NCBI RefSeq assembly: GCF_028641065.1
Contig: NC_073389.1
Location: forward strand, 8,804,001-8,868,000
Length of the DNA: 64,000 nucleotides
DNA from: Leucoraja erinacea
Taxonomy: Eukaryota
Direction of reading: 5' to 3'
A program made the position numbers and the translations under genes. Shown in pieces: positions 1-12,608 of the stretch. Under the pieces are notes generated by a model. The model saw only the letters and a program-made list of their open reading frames with translations. It had not been told where the DNA came from and did no database searches. How positions within the stretch are numbered: the stretch's first letter is position 1; each line of letters starts with the position of its first letter.

Positions 1-433
1 CACATGACAATCAACTAAACAGAAACTGAAACTGCCTATCTAAAAGCCTCTCAAACACCACTATCGTATCTGCCTCCACCGCCACTACCCTTGGCAATGC
101 GTTCCAGGCCCCCAGGTGTAAAAGACTTACCCCACATATCTCCATTAAACATTTCCCTTCTTAGAGCTATGCCTTCTCGTGTTGGACATTTCCACCCTGG
201 TAAAGAGGTTCTGACTGTCTACCCTATCTATATCTCTCAACATTTAATATTCTTCTGTAAGGAAGGACTAAGTCAGAGATAATTGTTGTGTTAATGATAT
301 ATGATGCCCTCTGCACATATTTACCACATGACATACTGTAAGAGCATTAGTTGAGATAATAGCATCAGAAGTTAATAGATTAGGCAAATTTCAACTGTAG
401 TAAATAATTATTTAACCCTTGGTGCAGAGTTAC

Positions 434-560
434 CTTTTTGCCAGGAGGAACAAGGTTTTGGTTTGCTTTCAGGATGTGGGTCAGCGCTTTCTTCACATTC
501 TTCTCTTTCATGCTTTGTAAAACCATGGGAGCGAGGAAAGTTTCAAGGCCCCATTCTTTC
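434..560 (-). CDS. FRMPD4: FRMPD4 internal coding exon, 127 bp ([43 protein letters not shown])
   Basis: tctcttccag|GAAAGAATGG...AAAAAG|gtaact, phase 2-0, completing the GA|G Glu codon split from the previous exon. Confidence 0.95.
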
Positions 561-680
561 CTGGAAGAGAACTGTATGTTAGAGGGAGGGCAAGTCTCAT
601 CTTATTAAAATAGGTCAAAACATTCCAAACTGCCCTTTGAGACTGTGTTTAATGTTAAATGTTGTTATTGCTTACTGCAG

Positions 681-1142
681 AGTTCATAAGGTCATAAGTG
701 ATAGGAGCAGAATTAGGCCATTCGTCCCATCAAGTCTACTCCACAACTCAATCATGGCTGATCTATCTCTCCCTCCTAACTCCATTCTCCTGCCTTCTCC
801 CCGTAACCCCTGACGCCTGTACTAATCAAGAATCTATCTATCACTTCCTTAAAAATACCCATTGACTTTGCCTCCACAGCTTTCTATGGCAGAATTCCAG
901 TTGTACCACCCTCTGACTAACGAAATTCCTCCTCATTCCTCCGCAATTCTTCCTTCCTAAAAGACCGTCCTTTAATTCTGAGGCTATACCCTCTGGTGCT
1001 CACCAGCGGAAACATCCTCTCCACATCTACTCTATGCAAGCCTTTTACTATTCAGTACGTTTCATTCTTCTGAACTCCAGTGGATGCAGGGCCTGTGCTA
1101 TCAAACAAATGTTCATCATACGTTAACCTACTCATTCCTGGG
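681..1142 (-). mobile_element. CR1 (HER1-like) LINE 3' fragment
   Basis: Reverse complement of the CR1 3' end seen at 15000-15505 (gatcagccatgattgag...ggccgaatggcctaattctgctcct). Confidence 0.75.
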
Positions 1143-1705
1143 ATATGTGTTAAAGTGAACTCCAATCAAATGGAGCAACACACCACAGACTCAAAAAATC
1201 AGAACAAAAACCATAACAAGACTCCACAGGTAGCACAGCATGTGTTTTGAGAGAGACCATTAACATTTAGAGTCATACAGTCATACAGCATCGAAACAGG
1301 CTATTCAGCGCAACTCGTCCTTGCCAATCTAGATGTCCCCATTACGTTAATCCTATTTTACAGTGATCTGCCCATATCTGCCGCAACCTTTCCTATCCAT
1401 GTACTGTGCTGATGCCTCCTCCCTTGTGTGCTGCTCTGATCCCCACTGACGGCAGGCAGGCCAGGAGGAGTTGACGACCAGCACCATGGGCAACTCCTGT
1501 CTGGTGCAAAACTCCCGGTTCCATGGACAGAGCTCCATGGACTGTTGAGGAGCACGGCCACAGGTACAATAGCTGCGTTCAATCAGCTGTTATTGGATTG
1601 GCCCACTTGTACCTCAACGCCATACTGCTTAAAAGGCAAGGCAGTTTCAGTGGAGAGGGGAGGGGAGGGAAGGGGAGAGGAGTTTGGAGACAATGTTACA
1701 TTTGT

Positions 1706-1835
1706 TGGAAGGAACTGCAGATGCTGGTTTACACTGAAGATAGACATAAAATGCTGGAGTAACTCAGCGGGACAGGCAGCATGTCTGGAGAGAAGGAATG
1801 GGTGACGTTTTGGGTCGAGACCCTTCTTCAGACTG
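1706..1835 (-). mobile_element. Penelope-like terminal repeat (pLTR) fragment
   Basis: ggaaggaactgcagatgctgg...gagacccttcttcagact; the same unit terminates GIY-YIG-coding fragments at 7760-7830 and 33990-34090. Confidence 0.7.
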
Positions 1836-1894
1836 TTCAGAACTTCAGAAACTGATGCTGCTTGTGGCGATGCAATCTTAAACCATTAACATTT

Positions 1895-2283
1895 GTTAAT
1901 GTCCGGTGGACTGGGACAACGGGAGCTCGAGGGCCCGGGGGGAGAGACCGCTTCCCGGAGCTCCCGCAACGCGACTTATCCAGCCCGTGTCGCGGGGTTG
2001 GAACGACCCGGAGTGGGGACGTACATCACCCGGCACGGCTTCATGGCCGTGGGACATTCTAGTGCCCACCGGGGGCTCCAACACTGTGACTTTTAGACCT
2101 GGAGCGGGGCCGTAAATCACCCGGCACGGCCTAAAATGGCCGTGGGACTTAGCATCGCCCGCCTGAGGCTTGGACATTGGGAGAGACATGGAGAACAGGG
2201 GAGAGAAAAGACTTTGCCTTCCATCACAGTGGGTTCACTGTGATGGATGTTTGTGTGAATTAAATTGTGTGTATGTCTGTAGG
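1895..2283 (+). mobile_element. Truncated copy of a GC/CpG-rich non-coding interspersed element
   Basis: CpG-rich. Shares the (t)gccttcc-hairpin-ggatg module with 30334-31166 and 46415-46862; interrupts one arm of an inverted duplication. Confidence 0.6.
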
Positions 2284-2562
2284 ATCTGACTTTCCCCGTT
2301 TGTTAAAAAACCAAGTTCATCCTTGGGGGGACGTGTACACAGTTGCGAGAGTCTTTGATAAACCAAACTGATATTTCTTGCTCCATTCTACCTTGAATAC
2401 ATTTTAAAGGAAGCATAGAGCAAGGAATGGAATTTAAAAATATCCAATGACTTGGTCTCCACTGTTGTTTGTGGCATTGAATTGCAATTTTTCCTGCATT
2501 TCTTCTTCCACCTTTAGTAGCTGGTAAATTTAATGCAAGAACACAGATTACAGAAATTACGA

Positions 2563-2847
2563 TGGGCTGCACTGTGGCACAGCCGTGGAGATGCTGCTTT
2601 ACAGCACCAGAGACTTAGGCTCGATCCTGACCAGGGGTGCTGTCTGTACAGATGCACGTTCTCCTTGTGACCGCATTTTTTTTCTCCGGGTGCTCTGGTT
2701 TCCTCCCACATTCCAAAGACTTAATTGGTTTCAGTAAAATTTCCCCGAGTGTGTAATATGCAAAACTGGGAAAATATGAAACTAGTATATGGGTGATCGT
2801 TGGTCGGCGTGGACTCAGTGGGTTGTTTCCTCACTGTATCTCTAAAC
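2563..2847 (+). mobile_element. tRNA-derived SINE (HE1/V-SINE type)
   Basis: tRNA-like head with A/B-box-like motifs, central ggtttcctcccaca domain and tgtatctctaaac tail. Confidence 0.8.
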
Positions 2848-2952
2848 TTTTTCATCAAGATTGTCCCACAGTGAATGCCCAAGGGTGACCTACTTCAAAA
2901 GAGACTCCAAATGACAGAGCAGGTCCACAGACAGTTTCCCTCAGATGAGTTA

Positions 2953-3273
2953 AGGGGTTGGCCCATTTGGGTGACCTAATCCGCGGCTTCCACTCGACTC
3001 ATACTCGCAGCATGGTCGACACAAGGTCGAAGGAGGTCTTTGTGACTCTCCTTCATGCTCGAGAGTAGTCCCCTTGTACTCGAGGCCTCAGCTAGGTAGC
3101 GGCGTATTTTTGAATATGTTGAAAAATGACTGCAAGTAAAAATAGGTCGCCAAGTCGAAGATAGTCTTCATCAGTCAAAGGAGGTCTTCTACATAATCGA
3201 AGGAGGTCTTCAACATGACATTTTTTTCAAACTCTCCTAAACTCTTCTAAACTTCCAAAGTGGGACAGCCCCA
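2953..3273. mobile_element. PIF/Harbinger-type MITE, subfamily A
   Basis: TIR aggggttggccca.../...gtgggacagcccca with a TTA duplication on both sides. Confidence 0.75.
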
Positions 3274-3549
3274 TTATAACCAAAGATGTCCATCTTATCT
3301 AGTTCTGAGGTATAGACTGTCTGATGGAGATTCCATTCCTTGATCTATTCTTCCTTTAAAATTCATACGAGGTAATATTGAGCAAGAAATATCAGTTTGG
3401 TTTATCAAAGACTCTCCCATCTGTGTACACGTAAGGATGAACTTGGTTTATTAACAAACAGAGAAAGTCAGATTTTGTTTCCATCCTCTAGCCTTTGCTT
3501 TTCCCCCACAGAGGTAGTTTTAAGCACCATCAGTTTCTGAAGTCTGAAC

Positions 3550-3670
3550 ACTCTGAAGAAGGGTCTCGACCCGGAACATCACCCATTCCTTCACTCCAGA
3601 GATGCTGCCTGTCCCGCTGAGTCACTCCAGCATTGTATATCTATCTTCGGTGTAACCCAGCATCAGTTTC
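3550..3670 (+). mobile_element. Penelope-like pLTR fragment
   Basis: ctgaagaagggtctcgaccc...gatgctgcctgtcccgctgag...ccagcatc. Confidence 0.7.
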
Positions 3671-4224
3671 TGTGCGATGTTTGATCATTTTTTGCTTTAC
3701 AAGGTCTTATAATGGTCCACCTCTGCCATGCCCATACAGTAATCAAGGTCTTTCTTAGCTGTTAATACCAAAACAGTAAGTTGGGAGTCTGAATCTCTTC
3801 TTCTTATTTAATTTCTAACTGTAATTTGTGCTGCACACTCAGTAATATTTTCAGCTATGTGAATTATTTTGCTTAAAAGTAAACATAATAAAGACTGAGC
3901 CGAGGGAAATGTGTGGCCTTTGAAGTGTAAATAATTCAATATTAAAGAATGCCAGACATTAATTTTGGAATTTGCTATTGGGAAGGGCTACGGAGCTACA
4001 ATGCTGACTATTATTGCACTAATATGATAAGCAAAAAATATATTTAGCTGTGAACCATTCTCATTGGAATTTGAAAAAATCTGTACAAGTGCTGCTACAT
4101 TCTGTTGCAAATAAGAAATAATATCATGGTGAAATCCAAAATGGTGAACTTTTAATGAAGAAATGTAGAAACATAGAACTTCGTCTGCTGGTTTATAAAA
4201 TAAGATGCTGATTGGTGGAGTAAC

Positions 4225-5055
4225 CCAGCGTGTCAGTGAGACCAGGTATAGACTTGGCGGCTGTCTCGCTGAGCTCTTGTGCTCAGTCCGACAAGACCTA
4301 CCAGGTCTCACGGTTCTAACCATTTTAACCCCTCTTCCCCATCCCCATACTGACCTTTCCATGGTGGGCCTCCTCCCCTCCTCCATTGCCACAATGTGGA
4401 CACACACCAAACGGAGGAACAGCACCTCATATTCCGCTTGGGTAGCTTATAACCCAGCAGTATGGACATTGAATTCTCTAATTTTATGTAACATCTAACT
4501 ATTCTCCCTCCTCCTCCCTTTCTCCCTCACACCCCCTTTTCCTCCTCCCCCCTCCTCTGTATCCCACCTAGACTCACAGCTACTTTTCCATTCTCCCCCT
4601 ATATTTTTTCCTTCGGCTTAATTCGCAACCCTTCAATCCTTTCTTCTCACAGCTTTTTTATTCATCACTAGTCTTTGTTCTCCCATCTGCCCATCAAAAC
4701 TCCCCCCTAGTCAGCATTCACCTATTTCCTGCCATGCATTGTCTGTGCGGAGTTTGCACGTTCTCGCCATGACCGCGTGGGTTTACGATGGGTGCTCCGG
4801 TTTCCTCCCCTGCTCCAAAGACGTACCGGTCTGTAGGTTAATTGGCTTTGGTAAAAATTGTAAATTGTACCCAGTGTGGAGGATAGGGCTAGTGTATGGG
4901 GATCACTGGTCAGCGCGGAGCCTGTGGGCCGAAGGGCCTCTTTCTGTGCCGTATCTCTAAACGATACTAAACTAAAGAAGGGCCCGACCTGAAACATCAC
5001 CTATTCATGTTCTCCAGGGATGCTGCCTGACCCGCTGAGTTATTCCAGCACTATT
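4225..5055 (+). mobile_element. Penelope-like 3' fragment (GIY-YIG C-terminus, 3' UTR, pLTR) with a 5'-truncated V-SINE at about 4738-4976
   Basis: Degenerate ETRYRLGGCLAE...EEQHLIFRLGSL*PSSMDIEFSNF, a pyrimidine-rich UTR, and the pLTR resuming after the SINE tail. Confidence 0.75.
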
Positions 5056-5770
5056 TGGTTGACTTTAAATGAAGACTTTGTTGCTAATCATCAAAGGTCA
5101 TACCCCATTGGAATTCTTATGTCGAATCATCCACATCAGTTTCAACAATAATCTAATTGTATTTTTGCCAGTGCTGATGTGACAATTATGAGAGCTAATT
5201 TTAGTATAAAATCGTTACTGTCCAAGATCACATAGACAAATTTACCATGTACTTCATGACAACGTCAGTGTTATCCCCCCGACACAGAGGGCTCATCAGA
5301 TGCAGAAAGGTTGCGTCCCTGGGTGACGAATGTAGAACTGGGTGCCAGTCCCAGTACAAGCTTAGGCTCCTCAGATTCAAAGTGAGGACATTTTCTTCAC
5401 ACAAAGAATGGCGAATCTTTGACTGTTCTACACAGAAATTTATGGATTTCAAGAGAATCAAGGGATATGAGAATAGGGCACAAGAGATGCTGAGGAAGAT
5501 AAGACAGGATCTTGTGGAAGTGGTGGGCCAAGCTCAAGGAGCTGAATAGCCTACTCCTGTTTCTATTTCGTTGTCTCTGTACTGTACACTGTACTGTATA
5601 CTGTACTGTACACTGACAATGACAATTAAAATTGAATCTGAATCTGAATGTGAATCTGAATCTATTTCTTGTGCATGTTGTTAGATGCATGTGTTGTGCA
5701 CTAATTCTGCAATAACAAAGCAGCATAAAGCAGTAGAACTATGGTGGCAGAAAGGGGCAGAACATTGAAT

Positions 5771-5910
5771 ACATTTGTGTGGGAAGGAACAGCAGATGCC
5801 GGTTTAAACCGAAGATAGACACAAAAAGCTGGAGTAACACAGCGGGACAGACAGCATCTCTGGAGTGAAGGAATGGGTGATGTTTTGGGTCGAGACCCTT
5901 CTTCAGACCT
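5771..5910 (-). mobile_element. Penelope-like pLTR fragment
   Basis: Same unit as 1706-1835. Confidence 0.7.
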
Positions 5911-6189
5911 AACTAACTGAATATATTGTCTTGAAGCAGAGTAACTGATGAGAACTTCAAGATATAACAGCTACAATTTTATCAACACAGATTGCCAGAA
6001 TATATACTTCCAAATCAGGATGTTGTGAAAATCTTGGTCAACAATTAGAGGCAATATTAGGTTACATTTGTTGTGTAGGAAGGTACTGGTGCTGGTATCT
6101 GCTGTTCCAGGTGTGGACTCCTATATATGTAGATGTGACAAAGATGCTGGTTTACACCAAAGATAGCAGAGATAGTTTGGGGATAAGGC

Positions 6190-6720
6190 CAGTGTACACC
6201 TGAATCAGGGATTGGTCGACGTACCCTACAAAGAGTCAGGCATAGTTAGGGCCCATGCGAGCGCCCATAGTTGTGTCTTTAATTTGGGCAAGTTGTTGAG
6301 AGTGAGGACCAGCTTCTCTAGGCTGAGTAGCGTTCATGGAGGGAAATTGGCCGGTTCTGAGGTCAAGGAAGAAACGGAGAGATCTTCCTGGTGGAGGATG
6401 AATGTAGAGTGACTGAACGCCCATAGTGAAGAAGAAGGAGTGGTGGCTTGGAAAACGGAAGTCATTATAGAGACAAAGGTATCTTGGACATAGGTCAGGT
6501 GGGATTAGACCAGGGGGGATAGGATGGAGTTGAGGTACTTGGAAATTATTTCAGAGGGGCAGGAGCAAGCAGGAACAAGGTGTCTGCCAGCGCAGTTGTG
6601 TTTATGGATTTTGAGGAGAAGATAAAACTGGGCTGTTGAGGGGCTAATGATTGATAAGGTTGAAAGTGGAGGTGAGGTGGTCTAAACAGAAGGGATAAAT
6701 GTTCAATCAAAATATGACTA
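6190..6720 (-). mobile_element. Penelope-like reverse transcriptase fragment (degenerate)
   Basis: Minus-strand translation gives FYLLLKIHK...ACSCPSEIISKYLNSILSPLV...TYVQDT and TTMGARMGPNYA, resembling PLE RT motifs (LPKIHK, GxAMGxxMGPxYA). Confidence 0.75.
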
Positions 6721-6882
6721 GATCCTTGACATTGATTATAAGACACAGGCAATGAAATGACACTTTCATTTAACCATTATTAGTTACTCCTAATCATTCC
6801 CATTGGCTGATGTTCCAAGCACATAATCAGAATGTTGCAAACCAACGTTTGGATCAGTATCAACAGCATTTTCATTACTTAC

Positions 6883-7019
6883 TCGATGTACTTAAGGGAG
6901 ACTTTCTGAGATTGCTTGGTGCTGACAGTCAAGATGTACATCTGCAGAGCAGCGAGTCTGAGAGCCACGTCGTATTTCAGCTCAGGCCCAAAGCGCTCCT
7001 GCACCACATCATTGCAACT
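6883..7019 (-). CDS. FRMPD4: FRMPD4 internal coding exon, 137 bp ([46 protein letters not shown])
   Basis: ttctctgccag|AGTTGC...ATCGA|gtaagt, phase 0-2; FERM F2 lobe. Confidence 0.95.
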
Positions 7020-7066
7020 CTGGCAGAGAAAGAGCAGAGGGAGAAGTGTAACCAGCCATCAGCTCG

Positions 7067-7832
7067 TCCCTTCCCACCCAAACCACCCCCTCCCTAGGCA
7101 CCTTCCTCTGCAACCGCAGGAGATGCAACACCTGTCGCTATACCTCCCCTCCTCGACTCGGTCCAGGGATCCCGACAGTCTTTTCAGGTGAGGCAGCGGT
7201 TCACTTGCACTTCCTCCAACCTCATCTACTGTATCTGCTGTACCAGGTGTGGACTCCTATATGTCGATGAGACCAAGTGCAGGCTCGGCGATCGTTTCGC
7301 TGAACACCTCCGCTCAGTCCACCTAAACCTACCTGATCTCCCAGTTGCTAAACACTTTAACTCCCCCTCACATTCCCACACTGACCTTTCTGTCCTGGGC
7401 CTCCTCCATTGTCAGGATGAGGCCCAGCGCAAATTGGAGGAACAGCACCTCATATTTCGATTGGGCAGCTTACACCCCAGCGATATATGAATATTGACTT
7501 CTCTAACTTCAAGTATCCCTTGCTTTCCCTCTCTCTCCATCCGTCCCCTTCCCAGTTCTCTGACCAGTCTGACTGTCCCCTGATTACATTTTATCTCTGT
7601 TTGCTTTGTTGTCACCTTCTCCTACCTAACAATGATTTATTCTACATTTTCCTTGAATTCACCATCTCTTTTGATATCACGTTTTCACACCTTACCCTTC
7701 CTTATCTCTGTGCATCTCTCTCCTCCCCACCCACCCCCCCCACCCCCCAGACTCTCCAAAACATCACCTATTCTTTTTATCCAGAGATGCTGCCTGTCCC
7801 GCTGAGTTGCTCCAGCAGTTTGTGTCTATGCT
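7067..7832 (+). mobile_element. Penelope-like 3' fragment with GIY-YIG endonuclease
   Basis: ORF 7188-7490 RFTCTSSNLIYCICCTRCGLLYVDETKCRLGDRFAEH...HFNSPSHS (PLE GIY-YIG with Cys/His motif), then UTR and partial pLTR. Confidence 0.9.
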
Positions 7833-8184
7833 AGTAACTGCCCTTCAGCAGTTTCTGCCTGAGATAATAACTATGTTTTAGTACAGCAGGCTCCCGCAAC
7901 CCAATGCAATTAGATTTGTGCTGCCGATGTGACTTCTATATATTCATATTTTACAGCATTTATACCATCGCTTTCTTCTTCCCTTCTTAAAATGACCCAA
8001 TGATAATAAATGGTGCAGAAGAGATGACAGAATGTTATATCATTCTCATTTAGGGTCACACATGGCACCTGGGTGTGCAGTCTCAAACAGGACAGCGAGA
8101 AGCTGTGAGGTAATCAATGTATTGATCCTCTTCCCAGTTATGTGCAGCTCATGGACACAGATTGCTTCTACTAAACTCTCACAT

Positions 8185-9025
8185 GAAGAGATAGACACAA
8201 AATGCTGGAGTAACAGGCAGCATCTGTGGAGAGAAGGAATGGGTGGCGTTTCGGGAATGTGATGGGAGTTAAGATGGTTAGCAATTGGAAGCTCCAGCAG
8301 GCTTTGGCGGCCACAACATAAGTGTTTGTCGAAATGGTTGCTTGGTCTATGCTTGTTGTCGCTGATGTAAAATAAGCCACGTTGGGAGCACCAAATGCGC
8401 TAGACAAGGTTGAAAGGGGTCTCACCTCTGTCTCACCTGGATGGATTACTGGGGGTCCCTGGATGGAAGTGAGAGAGGAGGTGCAGGGACAGGTGTTACA
8501 CCTCCTGCCATTGCAGGGGAAAGTGCCTGAGGAGGGGAGAGGTTGGGTGTGAAGGGATGAGAAGAACAAGGAGTTGCAGATGGAGCGGTCTCCGCAGAAA
8601 GTAAAAAGGGTTGGGCTTGGGAAGACGTGGCTGGTGGGGGGATCACGCTGGAAGTGGTGGAAAAGTCAGAGAATGATGCATTGGATACAGGGGCTGGTGG
8701 GATGCAAGGTGAGGATCAGGGGAGCTCGAGCCTTATTTAGTCTGGAGAGAGGGGAGCGAGAGCAGAATTGCGGGACGCAGAGGAGACACAGGTGAGGATT
8801 CCAACCACTACAGCAGGGGGAAGCCATGTTTGCTGAACAAATAGGATATCTTGGATGTCCTAGAGTGAAAAGCTTCATCTTGGGAGTGGATAGAGTGGAG
8901 ACGAAGGAATTAAGAGTAAATAAGAGTCTGAGAGAGGCAGTGTGGGAGAAGATGTAGTCAAGGTGACTGTGGGAGTCGGTAGGATTGTTGTAGATGCCTG
9001 TGATGGAGACAGAGAGATCACGCAT
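8185..9025 (-). mobile_element. Penelope-like fragment (RT C-terminus/linker and GIY-YIG), degenerate
   Basis: Minus-strand ORFs: PTDSHSHLDY, PLILTLHPTS, GTFPCNGRRCNTCP; oriented tail-to-tail with the 7067-7832 copy. Confidence 0.85.
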
Positions 9026-9497
9026 GGGTGGAGCGTTTCAGTGATAGACATTTGATGTATGATTCAATAATTTGACAGTGGGGTGAAATGTTAAAGTGAC
9101 AAGTCTTGTTGTAAACTGTAAAGTGTCGTTCTATGAACAAAAGTCAACCCATTCATATTGTCAATAACAGGTTACTGGCATGGAAAAAACCCTTAAAACA
9201 AGCTCGTTTCCTGTAGTTTGCTGGTTAGTCACCTTGCAGCATTTGAGAAAAAGATGTCTTGGATGTGGAGGATTATGGGAACATCTTTGTTCCAACTTTG
9301 GGGGTGGGGGGGGGAGGGGGAGAGAGGGAATTGCTGCAAAGTGCTTTAAATGTGAAATGAAAAATATATTGAATAACCTTTAAGTTTTCTTTCTTTCTTG
9401 AAACCCTAATCATCCTGTTGAAACTAAAAGTATTTACATTATGCCCTGGATGAAGCCAAGATGTTGATGGTTGCAATGTAATGTACTAAAAATGTAC

Positions 9498-10016
<519 letters not shown>

Positions 10017-10326
10017 CTAAAGCAGAGTAATATCAGATGAAGGGCGACTGGACAGAGTCCCCAATAATAACAACAACCAGTCCATCAATCAGGGATGAGG
10101 GTTCTGGGGTGAAAGTTTCTGAAGCATAAAGCCCAGTTACCTCATTACCTGCATCAATTATAACGTTCATGGCTTTGTACCTTGGCTAGAGGTGAGAACT
10201 CAAACTCAGAGATATATTTAATATAGCTGCTTACATTCAACCAGGCTGATCAATTGTAATTATGTTCTTCACTGAACTCTCACGTTAGGGCACTTGATGC
10301 AGATATTTTTCAACTGGCGAGGGCAA

Positions 10327-10647
10327 GCATGGTGGTGCAGCGGTAGAGTTGCTGCCTTACAGCGCCAGGGACCCAGGTTCGATCCTGACCACGGGTGCTG
10401 TCTGTATGGAGTTTGTACATTCTACCTGTGAACTGCGTGGGTTTTCTCCGGGAGATCCGGTTTCCCCCCACACTCCAAAGACATACAGGTTTGTTGGCTC
10501 GGTATCATTATAAATTGTCCCTAGTAGAGCTAGTGTGCGGGGATTGCTTGTCGGCGTGGATTCGATGGGCTGAAGGGCCTGTTTCTGTGCTGTATCTCTA
10601 AACTAAACTAAACTAAACTAAACTAAACTAAACTAAACTAAACTAAA
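10327..10647 (+). mobile_element. HE1/V-SINE with expanded (TAAAC)n tail
   Basis: ggtggtgcagcggtagag...ggttcgatcc head; tail with about 10 TAAAC units at 10599-10647. Confidence 0.85.
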
Positions 10648-10877
10648 GGAGACAACATTCTCAACTGAATCATGTCCCCTATAAATAACCAATGGGAACA
10701 TGAGCTACATTAAACCTATTGTTAGATCTCCTGTGCACATGTATATAGTGCCAAAACTAGTCTCCCATTTGTTCTTGTGCATATGAAGGGGTGGAATCAA
10801 GTGAGAAATATTTTGTGTAAATGAAAATGAAAACAACTGCTGGTGTTGGAAACATGAAACAATATCAGAAAATGTTG

Positions 10878-11190
10878 GGCGGCACAGTGGCACAGCGGTA
10901 GAGTTGCTGCCTTACAGCGCCTGAGATGCGGGTTCGATCCTGACTACGGGTGCTGTCTGTATGGAGTTTGTACGTTCTCCCCGTGACCTGCATGGGTTTT
11001 CTCCTAGATCTTTGGTTTCCTCCCACACTCAAAGACGTACAGGTTTGTGGGTTAATTGGCTGGGTATAAATGTAAATTGTCCCTAGTGTGTGTGGGGTAG
11101 TGTTCATGTGCGGGGATCGCTGGTCGGTGTAGAATCGGTGGGCCGAAGGGCCTGTTTATGCTCTGTATCTCTAAATTAAACTAAACTAAA
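10878..11190 (+). mobile_element. HE1/V-SINE, full length
   Basis: tRNA head, central domain and CR1-like tail ggccgaagggcctgttt...ctgtatctctaaa. Confidence 0.85.
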
Positions 11191-11323
11191 CACTGTCAGG
11201 CAGAATGCCCTTTGTTGGAACTGGGAAAGATGAAACTAGTTGGATTTAATGTGCAGAAAGGATGAGCAAATGATCTTCACTGCAACTTAAAACCACCAAA
11301 GGGTCTTCCACTAGAAAGACTAA

Positions 11324-11559
11324 TGCCCCTGTCCCACTGAGGAAACCTGAACAGAAACCTCTGGAGACTTTGCGCCCTACCCAAGGTTTCCGTGCGGTTC
11401 CTGGAGGTTCCCGGAGGTTTTTGTCAGTCTCCCTACCTGCTTCCACTACCTGCAACCTCCGGCAACCACCTACAACCTCCGGGAACCGCACGGAAACCTT
11501 GGGTGGGGCGCAAAGTCTCCAGAGGTTTCCGTTCAGGTTTCCTAAGTGGGACAGGGGCA
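11324..11559. mobile_element. PIF/Harbinger-type MITE, subfamily B (236 bp, about 85-bp TIRs)
   Basis: TAA|tgcccctgtcccact...agtgggacaggggca|TAA; perfect 3-bp TSD. Confidence 0.9.
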
Positions 11560-12444
11560 TAACTCTGCTTCTCTTGTCATATGTGCTGCCGGGCATGTTG
11601 TGTGTTTCCAGCATTGTGGGTTTCCATATGAAAAACATTCTCTATTGACCTATTATGGAACCAGTATTGTCATTCTGCAAGCAACATCCAACACAGCCAA
11701 GATCTATGAAGCCAACTGATCCATTCTTTGATCCAGCTACAGGGTGAAGTCGATGAGAAGGCGATGCAAATTGAAGCACAGTGAAAAATATCAGTGACTG
11801 AACTGACTATGTTACTGATTGTTATTCCTGAACAATACTGTCGAGGTGCCACCCCACTTTAAAAACAATTCAGATCACACCAGCAGTTATATCCTTACAC
11901 TTGGAATAATCCTTGACAAGCAGTTCACAAGCTTTGACTGATCAATAATTGATCAATGAAGGCTTGCATTAAACCTTCATGTTGTTTGTGGATAGTTTTA
12001 CCAAAATTTGTTTGAGATCCATAATAACAACTTTTAGTTGTACATAACCTTTAGTATCATAAAATGCCTCAGGGATTTTGCAGGAATGTTATCAAACTAA
12101 ACTTGATAATAAGTCATGGGGGGATAGCAGAGCAGATGACAAAAGAAGTTTGAGCAAAGATCTGGAGTTTGGAGCATCTTAAAGGAGGAAAAAGGTCTTG
12201 ATAGGAGAGAAGGTTTAGAGGGAGAATTCTTTGTGGATTTGCGACTCAAATATGGTCAACAATAGTTGAACACTTGAACCTAAAAATATTCACGAGGCCA
12301 GAATTGGAAGTATCTGGATTATCTAGGGGGAGTTATCCATTAGGAGATTACAGAGCAACCAAAAGTCTGGGAGTAATCAGAATATGTGAAAAAAATAGCG
12401 TAACCTGGAGCTAATAAGGACCAGTGAGCACAAGGCTAACGTGA

Positions 12445-12608
12445 GTGAAGATAGACACAAAATGCTGGAGTAACTCAGCGCGACAGGCAGCATCTCTGGA
12501 GAGCATCTCTGGAGAGAATCTCCTTCTCTCCAGAGATGTTGCATGTCCCGCTGAGTTACTCTGGCATTTTGTGTCTATCTTCACTTTAAACCAGCATCCT
12601 TCCTACAC
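12445..12608. mobile_element. Palindromic (inverted) Penelope pLTR pair
   Basis: gtgaagatagacacaaaatgctggagtaactcagcg...cgctgagttactctggcattttgtgtctatcttcac. Confidence 0.75.

Noticed and set aside
10327-10400. tRNA-like sequences with A/B boxes (many copies)
   Set aside because: They are SINE heads continuing into SINE body and tail, not tRNA genes.
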